This document shows, piece by piece, positions 1-64,000 of a stretch of DNA of 64,000 nt; the stretch's first letter is position 1; each line of letters begins with the position of its first letter. The notes under the pieces are model-generated. The model saw only the letters and a list, made by a program, of their open reading frames with translations, made no database searches and was not told where the DNA came from. A program made the position numbers and the translations under genes. Source of the stretch: Prorocentrum cordatum (Eukaryota); assembly GCA_963575745.1 (NCBI GenBank), contig CAUYUJ010000170.1, forward strand, positions 496,001 through 560,000. Reading direction: 5' to 3'.

Positions 1-261
1 GGTCTTGGCTTGCGGCGGGGTCAATTCTGGGGCTGTCGGCGCAGACGGCGCCCCCCCATTTGCGGCGACGCAACACGGAACGGCGACGGCGACGACGACG
101 ACGGCGACGACGACGGCGACGGCGACCACGACGACAACGACGACGACGTCGACGACGACGACGGCAACGACGACGAGAAGGACGACGAGTGCCGCCTTCC
201 TGTCTCCCATCCCGAGCGGGACCCGCGCGGTTAGCGAGCGAGTGGGCTGGGGCCTGGAGGC

Positions 262-54375
<54,114 letters not shown>

Positions 54376-54887
54376 GAGCCGTGCGCCGGGGGCTGCCGCA
54401 CCGGTTTCGCGCAGGGTCGTCGTCGTCGTCGCCGTCCTCGTCCTCGTCCTTGTTCTCGTCATCGTTGTCGTGGTGCGCAGGCGCAGGGCGAGCCCCTGTC
54501 GCGGTTTTCCAGCCTCGGGATGCGTTCCAGCAGTTGCGCCCCGCCGAGAGCGTTTTCCAAGGGTGCTCAGATCGTCCCGAACGGGCGCCAGGCCGCCAGA
54601 GGCTTGAGTTATGGCCCGAAAACCACCAGTAACAGGGGTGGGCCTTTCCCTCCCGCGTCGTCGTCGTTGCTGCTGCTGTCGTCGTCATCGTCTCCCCCCC
54701 TTCTCCTCCTCCTCCTCCTCCTCCTCCTCCTCCTTCTCCTCTCCTACCCCCTCATCCCCCTCCTCCTCCTCCTCCTCCTCCTCCTCCTCCTCCTCCTCCT
54801 CCTTCTCCTTTCCTCCCCCCTCATCCCCCTTCCTCCTCCTCCTCGTCCTCCTCCTCCTCCTCCTCCTTCCTCCTCCTCCTCCTCCTT

Positions 54888-54919
<32 letters not shown>

Positions 54920-56471
54920 CCTCCTCCTCGTCTTGCTCCTCCTCCTGCTCCTCCTCCTCCTCCTCCTCCTCCTCTTCCTCCCTGGCCTGAGGGGGCCCCA
55001 GGACCTCAGAGGAGGCACGGCTCAAGAGCAGCGGGCCCCTGGGGCTCGGAGGTGGCGCGACAAGCGCCCTGTGCCAGGGTCACCTCTCAGGGGCAACGCT
55101 CTGGGGGGTATATGCTCGGTATCGTTTAACCGATCCCCATCCCGATCTCCATTCCCTTCGAGACCCCCACCAAATCACCACCCCAGTTGGGGATACACCC
55201 CTCGAAACCCGAAGGGAACGGCCTATATCCCCATCAAGGGGGGTAAATCGGCCAGCGGGGCCCAGGCCACGCCGCTGGGGATGGGGATCGGTTGAACGAT
55301 ACTCATAGGCTCAGGGGGAGCGGTCGATTGTAGCCCCAGTGTTCGATGGGGCGGGGAAGTCGTTCGCGGCGCAGAGGCGGTCGTTGCGCCGACCTGCAGG
55401 ACTTGCTGTTCTGTGAGTAGCAGTCTCGGGCTGCTGAGGTGATGAAGAGCGAAGATGATGAAGAGCGAGGAATCGAAGGAGAGGCTCGGCTTCATGTCCA
55501 AGTGGAGGGAAACGCTCCATCCAAGACGCCCACGGCGAATCGACGCCGGCCCCTGCCACTCGGGAGCCTCTTGGACCGTCTTGGGGCCCTTTTGGGCCGT
55601 CTGGCGGGCATCTCGGGAACCTATTCAGCCGTTTGGGGGCGATTCTGCGATGTCTTAGAGCTGTGTATGGTGCAAATTATGTTGTGCAGTATCTGCGGCG
55701 TAAGCCATGTGGTTAACTATATGGGTTAAGCGAAGGCCCCGTACGCAAACGCATACACACCCCATGGCTGCAGGCGCTGCTTGGGGAACTGGGCCTCTTC
55801 GAGGCATTGTTGGAGCCCTCTCGAGGTGCTCCTGGGCCATCCCGGAGCCCCCTCGGGGCCATCTCAGGGGCGAGGGGGCGTGCCGATGGCGGGCCCGGCG
55901 CCTGGCACGCCGTGCGCCCCTGCGGCACGCCAAGAGGAGGCGGCGGATGAGGCCAGGCAGAAGCGCGGGCGACGCGCCCCAAAAACGGGGCAGTCTTCGC
56001 CGGCGTTGGCGCGGAAGCTGCCCGCGCCAGGTCTCGCGTGAGCGCCCTCGTCACCACTGCGGCGTGCCGCGCCGGCGGCCCGCGCAGGCCGCCGCGCAAG
56101 GTCCCCCACGCCATCTCGCGTGAGGCCCGTTTCGTTTCGTCGCTCACGCGGCGCTGCCTGCCTACCAATCATATGTCGAGGGGAGCTGGGCCCCCGGCCC
56201 GGGGGGCGGCCCGCTTCTTCAAGACTCCCCCCCCCCCCAGTCCCGTTTTCAGCCCCAGGGGGGGGGGGGGGCGACCCGCTTCGCGGCCGGGCCCGCTGCT
56301 TGGGAGAGGCCGCAGAGCGGCCCCCAGAGCGATCAGACCGCCGGTCCGGCGGCCCAGGACGGCCCCGAGCCACCCCGAAGACGGCCTCGCGGGGGCCTCA
56401 GACGGCCCCAGAAGCTCTCCAAACGGACCAAGGGGCTCCCAAGACGGCCCCAGGAGGCGCCAAGAGGACCC

Positions 56472-56520
56472 GCCGTGGCCATTCTGGCCCCAGCCGTTTT
56501 GGCCCCCGGATTTTGATCAA
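56472..56520 (+). other. Stacked relic dinoflagellate spliced leaders (one full-length, two truncated)
   Basis: GCCGTGGCCATTCTGGCCCCAG (18/22 to DCCGTAGCCATTTTGGCTCAAG), then CCGTTTTGGCCCCCG (11/15 to CCATTTTGGCTCAAG), then the more decayed GATTTTGATCAA. Confidence 0.85.
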
Positions 56521-56605
56521 CCTCGCTGCCCGCCGCACCACGCCGCCACAGCGGCGCCCCCCCCTGCGGGTCGACCCTCGCCCGTCGCTCGGCCCCTCCG
56601 CGGCG

Positions 56606-56983
56606 ATGGCCCCCGCGCGCTCCCGGCCCGCCCTCACCGCCCTGCTGCTCGCCGCGCTCGCCCTCGGCGCGTGCCGCCCGGCGGCCTTCCTCCCCGCTCC
56701 GGCGGGGGCGCCCCCGAGGGCCGGCGGCGCGGGCGGCGAGCCGCTCGGGGCGCACGCTGCGGTGCTGGCCGCCGCCTCCGCCGTGCCCGCGCCGGCGCTG
56801 GCGCTCGCCTCCGAGGACGACGACGGCTTCGACGTGCGCATCATCGCCGTCCTGGCGCTGCCGCTCCTGGCCGCCTCGTGGGCCCTCTTCAACGTCTGGC
56901 GCGTGGCCTTCCGCCAGGGCGCCCGCATCGGCGAGGGCGTGGGCGGCGGGAACTCGAAGATCGGCCTGGCCCCAGAGGAGTGA
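56606..56983 (+). CDS. psbY: Photosystem II protein Y (PsbY) precursor, plastid-targeted, intronless CDS (125 aa)
   Basis: The mature part FDVRIIAVLALPLLAASWALFNVWRVAFRQ matches the PsbY D.R...V..P...A..WA.FN....A..Q signature. It is preceded by a signal peptide ending AA-FLP, an Ala/Pro/Gly transit region and a hydrophobic A-x-A lumen-type segment. GC3 is very high and the ORF is intact. Confidence 0.88.
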   Translation: MAPARSRPALTALLLAALALGACRPAAFLPAPAGAPPRAGGAGGEPLGAHAAVLAAASAVPAPALALASEDDDGFDVRIIAVLALPLLAASWALFNVWRVAFRQGARIGEGVGGGNSKIGLAPEE

Positions 56984-58158
56984 GATCCTGGCCGAGGGGC
57001 GGCCCGTCCAGGCCCCGGCCGGCGCGTCGACGGGTGAGTGGCACGCAGGGTGCGCGTGAGCGCCCCGCTTCCTCCCTCGACCTCTCCTCGACCCCCCCCC
57101 CCCCCCTCGCCCTCCCCCCCCCCCCCCTCCTCGACCCCCCCCCCCTCGACCTCCCTCGCCCCCCCCCTCGACCTCTCCTCGACCTCCCTCGACCCCCCCC
57201 CCCCTCGCGCTGGCCGCCAGACCGCCAGACCGCCGCCGCAGGGCCCTGCCGCCCGCAGGCCTCGCGAGAGGTCCTGTGCGAAGAGCGGCGCACTTTTACA
57301 CGCCAGCGGACCGCCTCAGTTGACATGCCGTTGCTCGTCCGAACACAGAGGGCGCACTGCAGCTCGCTTTCCCCGTGGATTTTTTCTCTGCTGGCCCCGC
57401 CCCCCCCCGCGCCCTCGGGGCGCAGGCCGGCGGGCCGGGGCCCTCGCCTGGGTGTCTGCCTCCGAGCTCGCCGGAGTGGCTGGGCGGACCGCCGGGAGGA
57501 GCCTTGCGAGCATCGGGCAAACAAAAAAGAAGGCGCCAAGATGACCCCGACGAGTGCCCCAAGAGGCCAACATGCCAGATTTTCTTGAGGTGTTTGAAGG
57601 ATTTTAGCGTTCTTGCCGCTTCGGGCTTCCGACGCTCCCGGACGCCTCAAGAGGCGCCCACGACCGCCCCGAAACTGCTCAAGAGGACCCAGAAATCCCA
57701 AAGACGGCGTGAGAGACCTCTCGGGAGCCCCAAGGTGACTCGAGAGGGCCCCAGGATGGCCCATGAGGCCGCTCAAGACGGCACAAGAGAGGCCCCAGAG
57801 CGGCCCAAGAGGGCCCCAAGAGGGGGAACACGAACCTACAATTCCAGCCTTCCGCCTCCCTAGGCCCCCAGGAGGCCCAAAGAGGCCCCGACGAGGCACC
57901 TCGAGGTTCCCAAGAGGCCCCCCAAGAGGCCCCCCAAGAGGCCCCAAGAGGCTCCCCCAAGAGACCCGAAAGAGGCCCCAAGAAGGCTCAAAACGGTCCC
58001 CAAGAGGCTTCACAGCGGCCTTCGACGAGGTTCCCGAGAGGCTCCCCACGAGACATCAACGAACATTCAAGCTGCGTCTGACACACAGCCCAGACACCGT
58101 GGCGGGATGCTCCGAAGGCCTACATATGTACACACAATGATATCACACCAGAGGAAAA

Positions 58159-59030
58159 CCCCAATCAGTGGATGGTTTTCGCCGAGGAGATCGACCGGGA
58201 ACCCGGGAGCCCAGGAACTCTGCAGAACCCACCGAAATCGGCCCAGAACCAATAACCGGGAACCCGGGAACCCGGAACCGGGAACCCGGGAACCCAGCCG
58301 GCCACCAAAATCGGCGGGAAATTTTCGCCAAATCTTTCAACCTCCGCTACAATCGTGCATACACATACATACATATGATACCGGAGAAAAACCCCAGTCA
58401 TATTTTTTTAATATTCCAATTGCTCCCTTGACAATCGGGCTATAGGGCGGGCTATAGGATTATAGGGCTATAGGGCTATCGGGCTATAGGGCTATAGGGC
58501 TATCGGGCTATAGGACTGTCGGGCTACCGGGCTACAGGGCTCTAGGGCTATAGGACTGTGACCTATAGGGCCATAGGGCTATAGGGCTATGGGGCTACAG
58601 AGCTATATGGGCTATGGGGCTATAGGGCTATAGGGATATAAGGCTATTAGGGCTATAGGGATATAATGCTATAGGGCTACAGGGCTATAGGGCTATACGG
58701 CTATAGGGCAATAGGGCTATAAGGCTATAGGGCTACTGGGCTATTGGGCTATTGGGCACCCCCGGGCACCCGGGCATCCCCGGGCACCCAGGCACCCGGG
58801 CCCGGCCACCGAAATCGGCCACGCACCTCACCGGCCACCCGGGCACCCGGGCACCGCCGGGCACCCGGGCACCCGGGCACCCGGGCCCGGCCACCGAAAT
58901 CGGCCGCACACCGGGCACCCGGGCACCCGGGCACCCCCGGGTACCCGGGCCCGGCCACCGAAATCGGCCGCACTTCTCACCAAACCCTTTAATCCGCTAG
59001 GACCCCTACAGAGGCAAGCTCTGATTGGGG
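58159..59030. mobile_element. Family B MITE-like element, second copy
   Basis: Perfect 10-bp TIR CCCCAATCAG / CTGATTGGGG; internal (GGAACCC)n, (GGGCTATA)n and (GGGCACCC)n arrays. Confidence 0.75.
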
Positions 59031-59031
59031 A

Positions 59032-59533
59032 GCATACGTACATACATTTATACATACATACATACATACATGCATGCATGCATGCATGCATACATACATG
59101 CATACACATATATATATATATATGTATATATATATAGATGTATATATACAACAATACATACACACATGCATGCATACCTATATACATACATACATACAAA
59201 CATACATACATACATACATACATACATACATTCATACATACATTCATTCATACACATACACACAGCCATATATACACACATCCATACAGCCATACATACA
59301 TACAAACATACATACACACATACGCACATACACACATACACATACACACATACACGCATACACACATACACACATACACATACACATACACACTTAGGTA
59401 CATACATACATACATTCAATCATCCGTACAATCATACATACATGCATACATACATACATACATACATCTGCACATACATACATCCACACGCACACACATG
59501 CATACACACATACACACATACATGCAAACGCAC

Positions 59534-59606
<73 letters not shown>

Positions 59607-60052
59607 TACCTACATACATACCTACATACATACATACACACATACATACATACACACATACACACATACACACATACATACGTACATACATACGTGTTTA
59701 CATACAAGCATACATACATGCATCCATGCGTACGTACACGCATACATACATCCATCCATGCATCCATCCGTCCATCCAAACATCCATACATACATACGTA
59801 CATGCATACACATGCATATTGGCACACACATGTATCAGCACACATCTTCTGTTGACACATATATATATATATACACATGTTCACATAGTGTACAGATGCA
59901 TGCATACACACACCTGTATACATCTATATATGCATATATATATATATATATATATATGGATTATTTTGACATGCGTACAAGAATGCAGGCAAACATACAT
60001 AACCAAACATACACACATTATGTATGTGTACACATTGGTGCATACGTACATG
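59032..60052. repeat. (CATA)n/(CA)n/(TA)n compound microsatellite
   Basis: Direct observation. Confidence 0.97.
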
Positions 60053-60439
60053 CACGGAAGGTCCCGGCCCCGGGTCACCGGGCATTGCGGAGCCAGACTC
60101 GGGCACCCCAGTTCTTTTTCGATTTCTCGCAGCCCCAGACGAGGCGTCGTAGAAGCCCCCAAAGACTCCCTTCTTAAGGGAACTCCCGAGTCAACCTGGC
60201 AGTGCCCACCAGCAATTTGCGATGATAGACCCTCGAGCGCGACTAGAACCTAAGCTCGAGCAAAGCGCGCGCGTGGTTCTAGTCAGAAATCTGAGAAGAA
60301 CGTCCGCTTCCCTCAGCAGCAAGTGAAGACGCCCTTCAAGGCGAGTTTGCGCAAACCTCCGCGCATGCTCAGCATTGGCCTCGAGGAGGAGGAGGGAGGA
60401 GGAGGAGGAGGAGGAGGAGGAGGAGGACGAGGAGGAGGG

Positions 60440-60900
60440 AAGGCGAGCCTTCGATGAGACGGTCGGCATGGCTTGCTTCACCGATCTTGAGGAGCTGGAG
60501 GGCGTGGTGGCGGACCCCCGGGCGCGCCGTGAAAACATCGAGGACCTGGTCACCTTTATGCGTGACCAGGTGCCCATCTGGCTCAAGATGGGCCCGGGCA
60601 AGCAGCTCTACTGGAGGCACGAGGTTGCCAGTGAGGTGGGATGGTCAGCAACGGGCAGTGGGTGGCAGGCGAGCAAGGCGAGCCTCGTCAGAGACGACGG
60701 TTCAGACAGCGACAGCGAGGGCGAGGGCGGCCAGGGTATGGCGCGGCTGCGCGGCGAGGCCTCCGGCGATCAGGGCAACTCCAGGGCCGCGGTCGGCTTT
60801 GAGCAGAAGGTCTTGGGCTGTTGCAGCGCAGAGAATGAGCCCCAGTTTCAGTGGGCCATCACGTGCGTCGCGCTCGCTGGTGCGCGCCGCAGGCTGAGAA
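60440..60900 (+). mobile_element. Possible degenerate DDE (pogo/Tc1-like) transposase fragment
   Basis: Coding-like stretch NIEDLVTFMRDQVPIWLKMGPGKQLY. DQ.P.W resembles the context of the first catalytic Asp; later motifs are not clear. Confidence 0.28.
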
Positions 60901-63540
60901 ATATTTCCGAGGATGGGAGGTGTGCGAAACGTTGGGCGCAAAGATGGGGCAGATCATTGAGTCGCTGGCCAGGTCGCTGAGGCCCTCGAGGACGCGAGTG
61001 TTTTCGAAATCGATCTCCCCAGACTTCGTGCGGAATTTATTCTTGTATTCGAGGGGGAGGGTGTGTGGTGTGTGGGGGTGGGGTAGGGTGGGTGGGTGGG
61101 TGGGTGGGTGGGGGAAAGATAGGGTGACGCATGCGGCACGATCGGGTCCAGCTTTAACCGTCGATCTCTCCCGCCCCCCACCCCCGTGGCCTGCCGCGGG
61201 AACGCCGTCGGTGCAGGGGGTGCGTTACTCTTGGGACTGGAGTGTCGGCAGGACCGCGGAGGAAATCATGCGAAACCAGAATGGGGCCTGACTGGAATCT
61301 GCGTGGTTCGGCGGGCTGGGGGGAAGGGGGCTGGGGAGGAGAGCAGCAGGGGTGAGGGTACGAACGGAGGAGTGGCGGCCAGAGGAAGGTGGAGGAGGGA
61401 TAGGGGGAGATTTCGACGACGCCCGCTCCGGACGGACCATCCAGGCCTCCGGAACAGGATGGATGAGCTGGGAATCCGATTGTATCAGCAGCCTGTGTGA
61501 TTCGAGGATAAACTCATCACGTGCTGGAAGATTGAGGATAAAGCAAAACCAGCACCAGTCTCCGTGGGCCTGAGGGACAGGTTTGCAGGCGGGTTCAGTG
61601 AGTCGGCCTTGAGCACAACCGCTGCTTACAACCGGTTCTCCTGCTTCGTCAGGGGTACGATGGCAGCCGCTGTTAAGTTACGGACGCGGACGCGGCCCAT
61701 TGGGTGCAGGCGGAGTTGAGGAGGAGACATTGGGAGCTGAGGGAAGAATGAAAGAATTGCACCGCGTGGCGCAGTTTGAGAATATCAGAGAGAGAGAGAG
61801 AGAGACAGAGAGACGTTAAAGTGCGGCGCCCACGAGATTATCAGGGCGTTTTGCGATGCGATGGAGGATGCAGAGAAGGACTTTGAGCGCGAACGCGCGA
61901 TCGATAAGGTCATGGCGGGGAAGTAGGGATCTCCTACATAGGGCCAGAACAACCAATTTGGTGGGTTCGGGGATTCGCGTCGTAGCGCCGATGCATCAGC
62001 GATGCCAACTGACGTCGAGTTTCGGCGATGCATCGGCGATGCGGCGCGTTCTCCCGACCCCCATCGAGTTAACTACTCGGGCCTCATCCGGGAGGCGCAG
62101 AGGAACGGGCGGACCGTCCTGAGGGCAAAGCTGAGTAAGAAAACGTTCGTGCAATTCTCAGATGGGCCGTGGGGTGCGGATTGCGTGTTGAGCGCGCGCC
62201 GTTTCAGGCGTGCCTTGACAGAGAAGGGGCGCGACGACCTCGACGGTCAGGGCCGCCCCAAACAAGTGCGCTGGGCGACCGAAAACAAGCAGGAACAAAG
62301 TACGCCATCTCAGTTCGACCAGCCTGGGGGCTTGAGGGTGCGTCGGCCGTGAATGACTTCAAGGGGCAAGCCAGTTTCATTTCCGATGTGGATCTGCTGG
62401 GCGGCCAGGAGGGCCTAGAGGATATCCAGGAGGTGCTGATGACGCCGCGCGAGAAAGGGGCGGCTCTCGGCATGGGTCAGTGCTTAACAAATCAGAAACC
62501 CGACACTTATAAACCGCTTGCATGGAAGTCGCGGCGACTGGACAAGGTTTCCGAATGGGGGGTCGGGCCAGGGCCGACGCGCTGAAGGGCGTCGGGGAGC
62601 TCCCGCATCAGGGGCGCCCCTGGGCTCTGGCCACCCAGGCGCCCTCCGCGCCGACTGGGCAGCAGGAAAATCAAGAGCGGTGAGATGCATAATAACGAGG
62701 TAAAAGCGAAGAGTCGCGACGACAAGGTCGAAGGCAGGCAGAAGTAGCGCGGCCGCGCAGAGAAGGGTGGGGGCGGGGAGGAAAAGGTGCATTGGATGAA
62801 GGAACTCGAGGACTAGAACTCGCATGTGGGCCAGTGGGAAAGAAGTAGCGGGAGAAGTCTGGATAATGGTCGTTGGATTTAATAAAGATGACGCGCCCTG
62901 CGGTCGCGTTGGCCGCTGCGCGGGCGCTGTTCGGAACGGTCAGGAGCTGGTTTTCGTGCTGGAGGACATGGCGTTCCACGCCGCGCCCCTGGGCAGCTCG
63001 ATCGAGTGCGGGGAGAATGTTTAGAAACCCACGTTTCTGATGACGTTTGAGCGCGTCAGCTGGCTGACGAAGTTTAAGATGCTCGGCGGGCCTGGGATGA
63101 CAGTCCATATATCAGCCCCCCCCCGGCTGAGACCGGCGCGACAAATGGGCGCGCTCATGGAGCAGGCGCGCACTCAGCGACGGACAGTGCTCTTTCAGCG
63201 TGCGCTTCCTAGGCTCAGGTTCCACGTCTGACCCCCTGACCGCCTGGCCGTCTACCTTCAGTGCGGCGCGGAACGGGGCGACGTCAGCGAAGCGCCCGTC
63301 GAGTAGGCGGCTCAGAGGTCGTTGGGTCTGCGGCAAGCTGCTGTTCCCCGCGCGGCGCCCTCAGTGCGATGTGCATCTGGCAGTGCACGGGGCGCTGCTT
63401 GTGGTTCAGGCCTTTGCGGGGGATGTAGACGCGAGGTGCTGCGACGCCCCCGACGAGAAGAGAGGGAGAGAGAGAGAAATACATATGACTATAACAAGAC
63501 ATCACACAACAAATCAGAGAGAGTGAGAGAAACACACACA

Positions 63541-64000
63541 TAATATTATATTATATGATATGTATTCTAATCTATGATAGTACATTATTTTGGATCATAG
63601 TGTATTCTAGTGTATAGTGTTTTATTATAGTATGTTGTATTATGTTCTGTTATCTTATGGTATCTTACAGTGTATCATATCACATTACACTATATTATGG
63701 TATGTTGTATCATATCATGTTACAGCATTATTTATTTAAAAAAACCAAAAATGTCGTGTATTTTATTACGTTCTGCTATGCAATATGATATTGTACCATC
63801 GTACATTTTATTCTATTTACCATATCCTACCATGCCATCTTATACCATAGTGGATGATTATATATTTTCTTGCATTGCACAATATAGTGTATTATATTCC
63901 AGTTTATTTTTTATATTATGTCACATTGAATTTGATTATATTACGTTCGTATGGTATTGTAACATATTATAGTGTAGTGCACTTTTTTGTTTATTTATAC
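63541..64000. repeat. AT-rich degenerate pentanucleotide (TATTA/TATAG-like) repeat
   Basis: Abrupt shift to AT-rich, roughly 5-bp periodic sequence. Confidence 0.75.

Larger units (their letters stand above)
56455..57547 (+). mobile_element. Retroposed mRNA insertion (psbY retrogene) with TSD and poly(A) remnant
   Basis: AGGCGCCAAGAGGACCC (56455-56471) directly precedes the SL. AGGCGCCAAGATGACCC (57531-57547) directly follows the A-rich AAACAAAAAAGA. The two are 16/17 identical. Confidence 0.75.

Noticed and set aside
55002..55078. Candidate GMPS exon 15 (TSEEARLKSSGPLGLGGGATSALCQ), phase-compatible with exon 14
   Set aside because: Too long for the expected linker, and only ALCQ resembles the family. 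Not supportable without cDNA.
56120..56605. Upstream in-frame extension of the psbY ORF (287-aa ORF call)
   Set aside because: It runs through the family E repeat and the SL relics; the true start is the ATG at 56606 that begins the signal peptide.
60574..60587. SL-like CCATCTGGCTCAAG (also TCGTAGCCATGG near 3119 and GGCTCAAG near 55019)
   Set aside because: Short partial matches with no downstream ORF or TSD context; compatible with chance.

Overview
Eukaryotic, GC-rich, microsatellite-saturated genomic DNA, almost certainly from a dinoflagellate: it has a perfect 22-nt dinoflagellate spliced leader, and GC/GA intron donors predominate. A Prorocentrum-like source is my inference only. The backbone is one + strand gene, GMP synthase (glutamine-hydrolysing). 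About 925 nt of its N-terminal coding sequence is split into 14 mini-exons (about 30-113 nt) over about 54 kb. The exons join in phase and cover the GATase domain and the start of the ATP-PPase domain. The C-terminal half is not in the window. The introns are filled with (GAG)n/(GAT)n/(GTA)n tracts, several satellite-carrying dispersed elements, and decayed LINE, REL-type and Copia retroelement fragments. Five things stand out. (1) An intact psbY retrogene is nested in a GMPS intron, with stacked relic spliced leaders, an A-rich tail and a 17-bp target-site duplication. (2) A downstream GMPS exon (DKRQIISDTFMH) sits inverted and out of order inside intron 8. (3) A perfect genomic spliced leader lies on the - strand. 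(4) A 198-bp TIR Introner-like insertion interrupts a nested antisense ORF. (5) The two ends of a 13-kb intron form a long inverted repeat. All assignments are by eye, with no database searches. A 100-N scaffold gap lies at 6868-6967.
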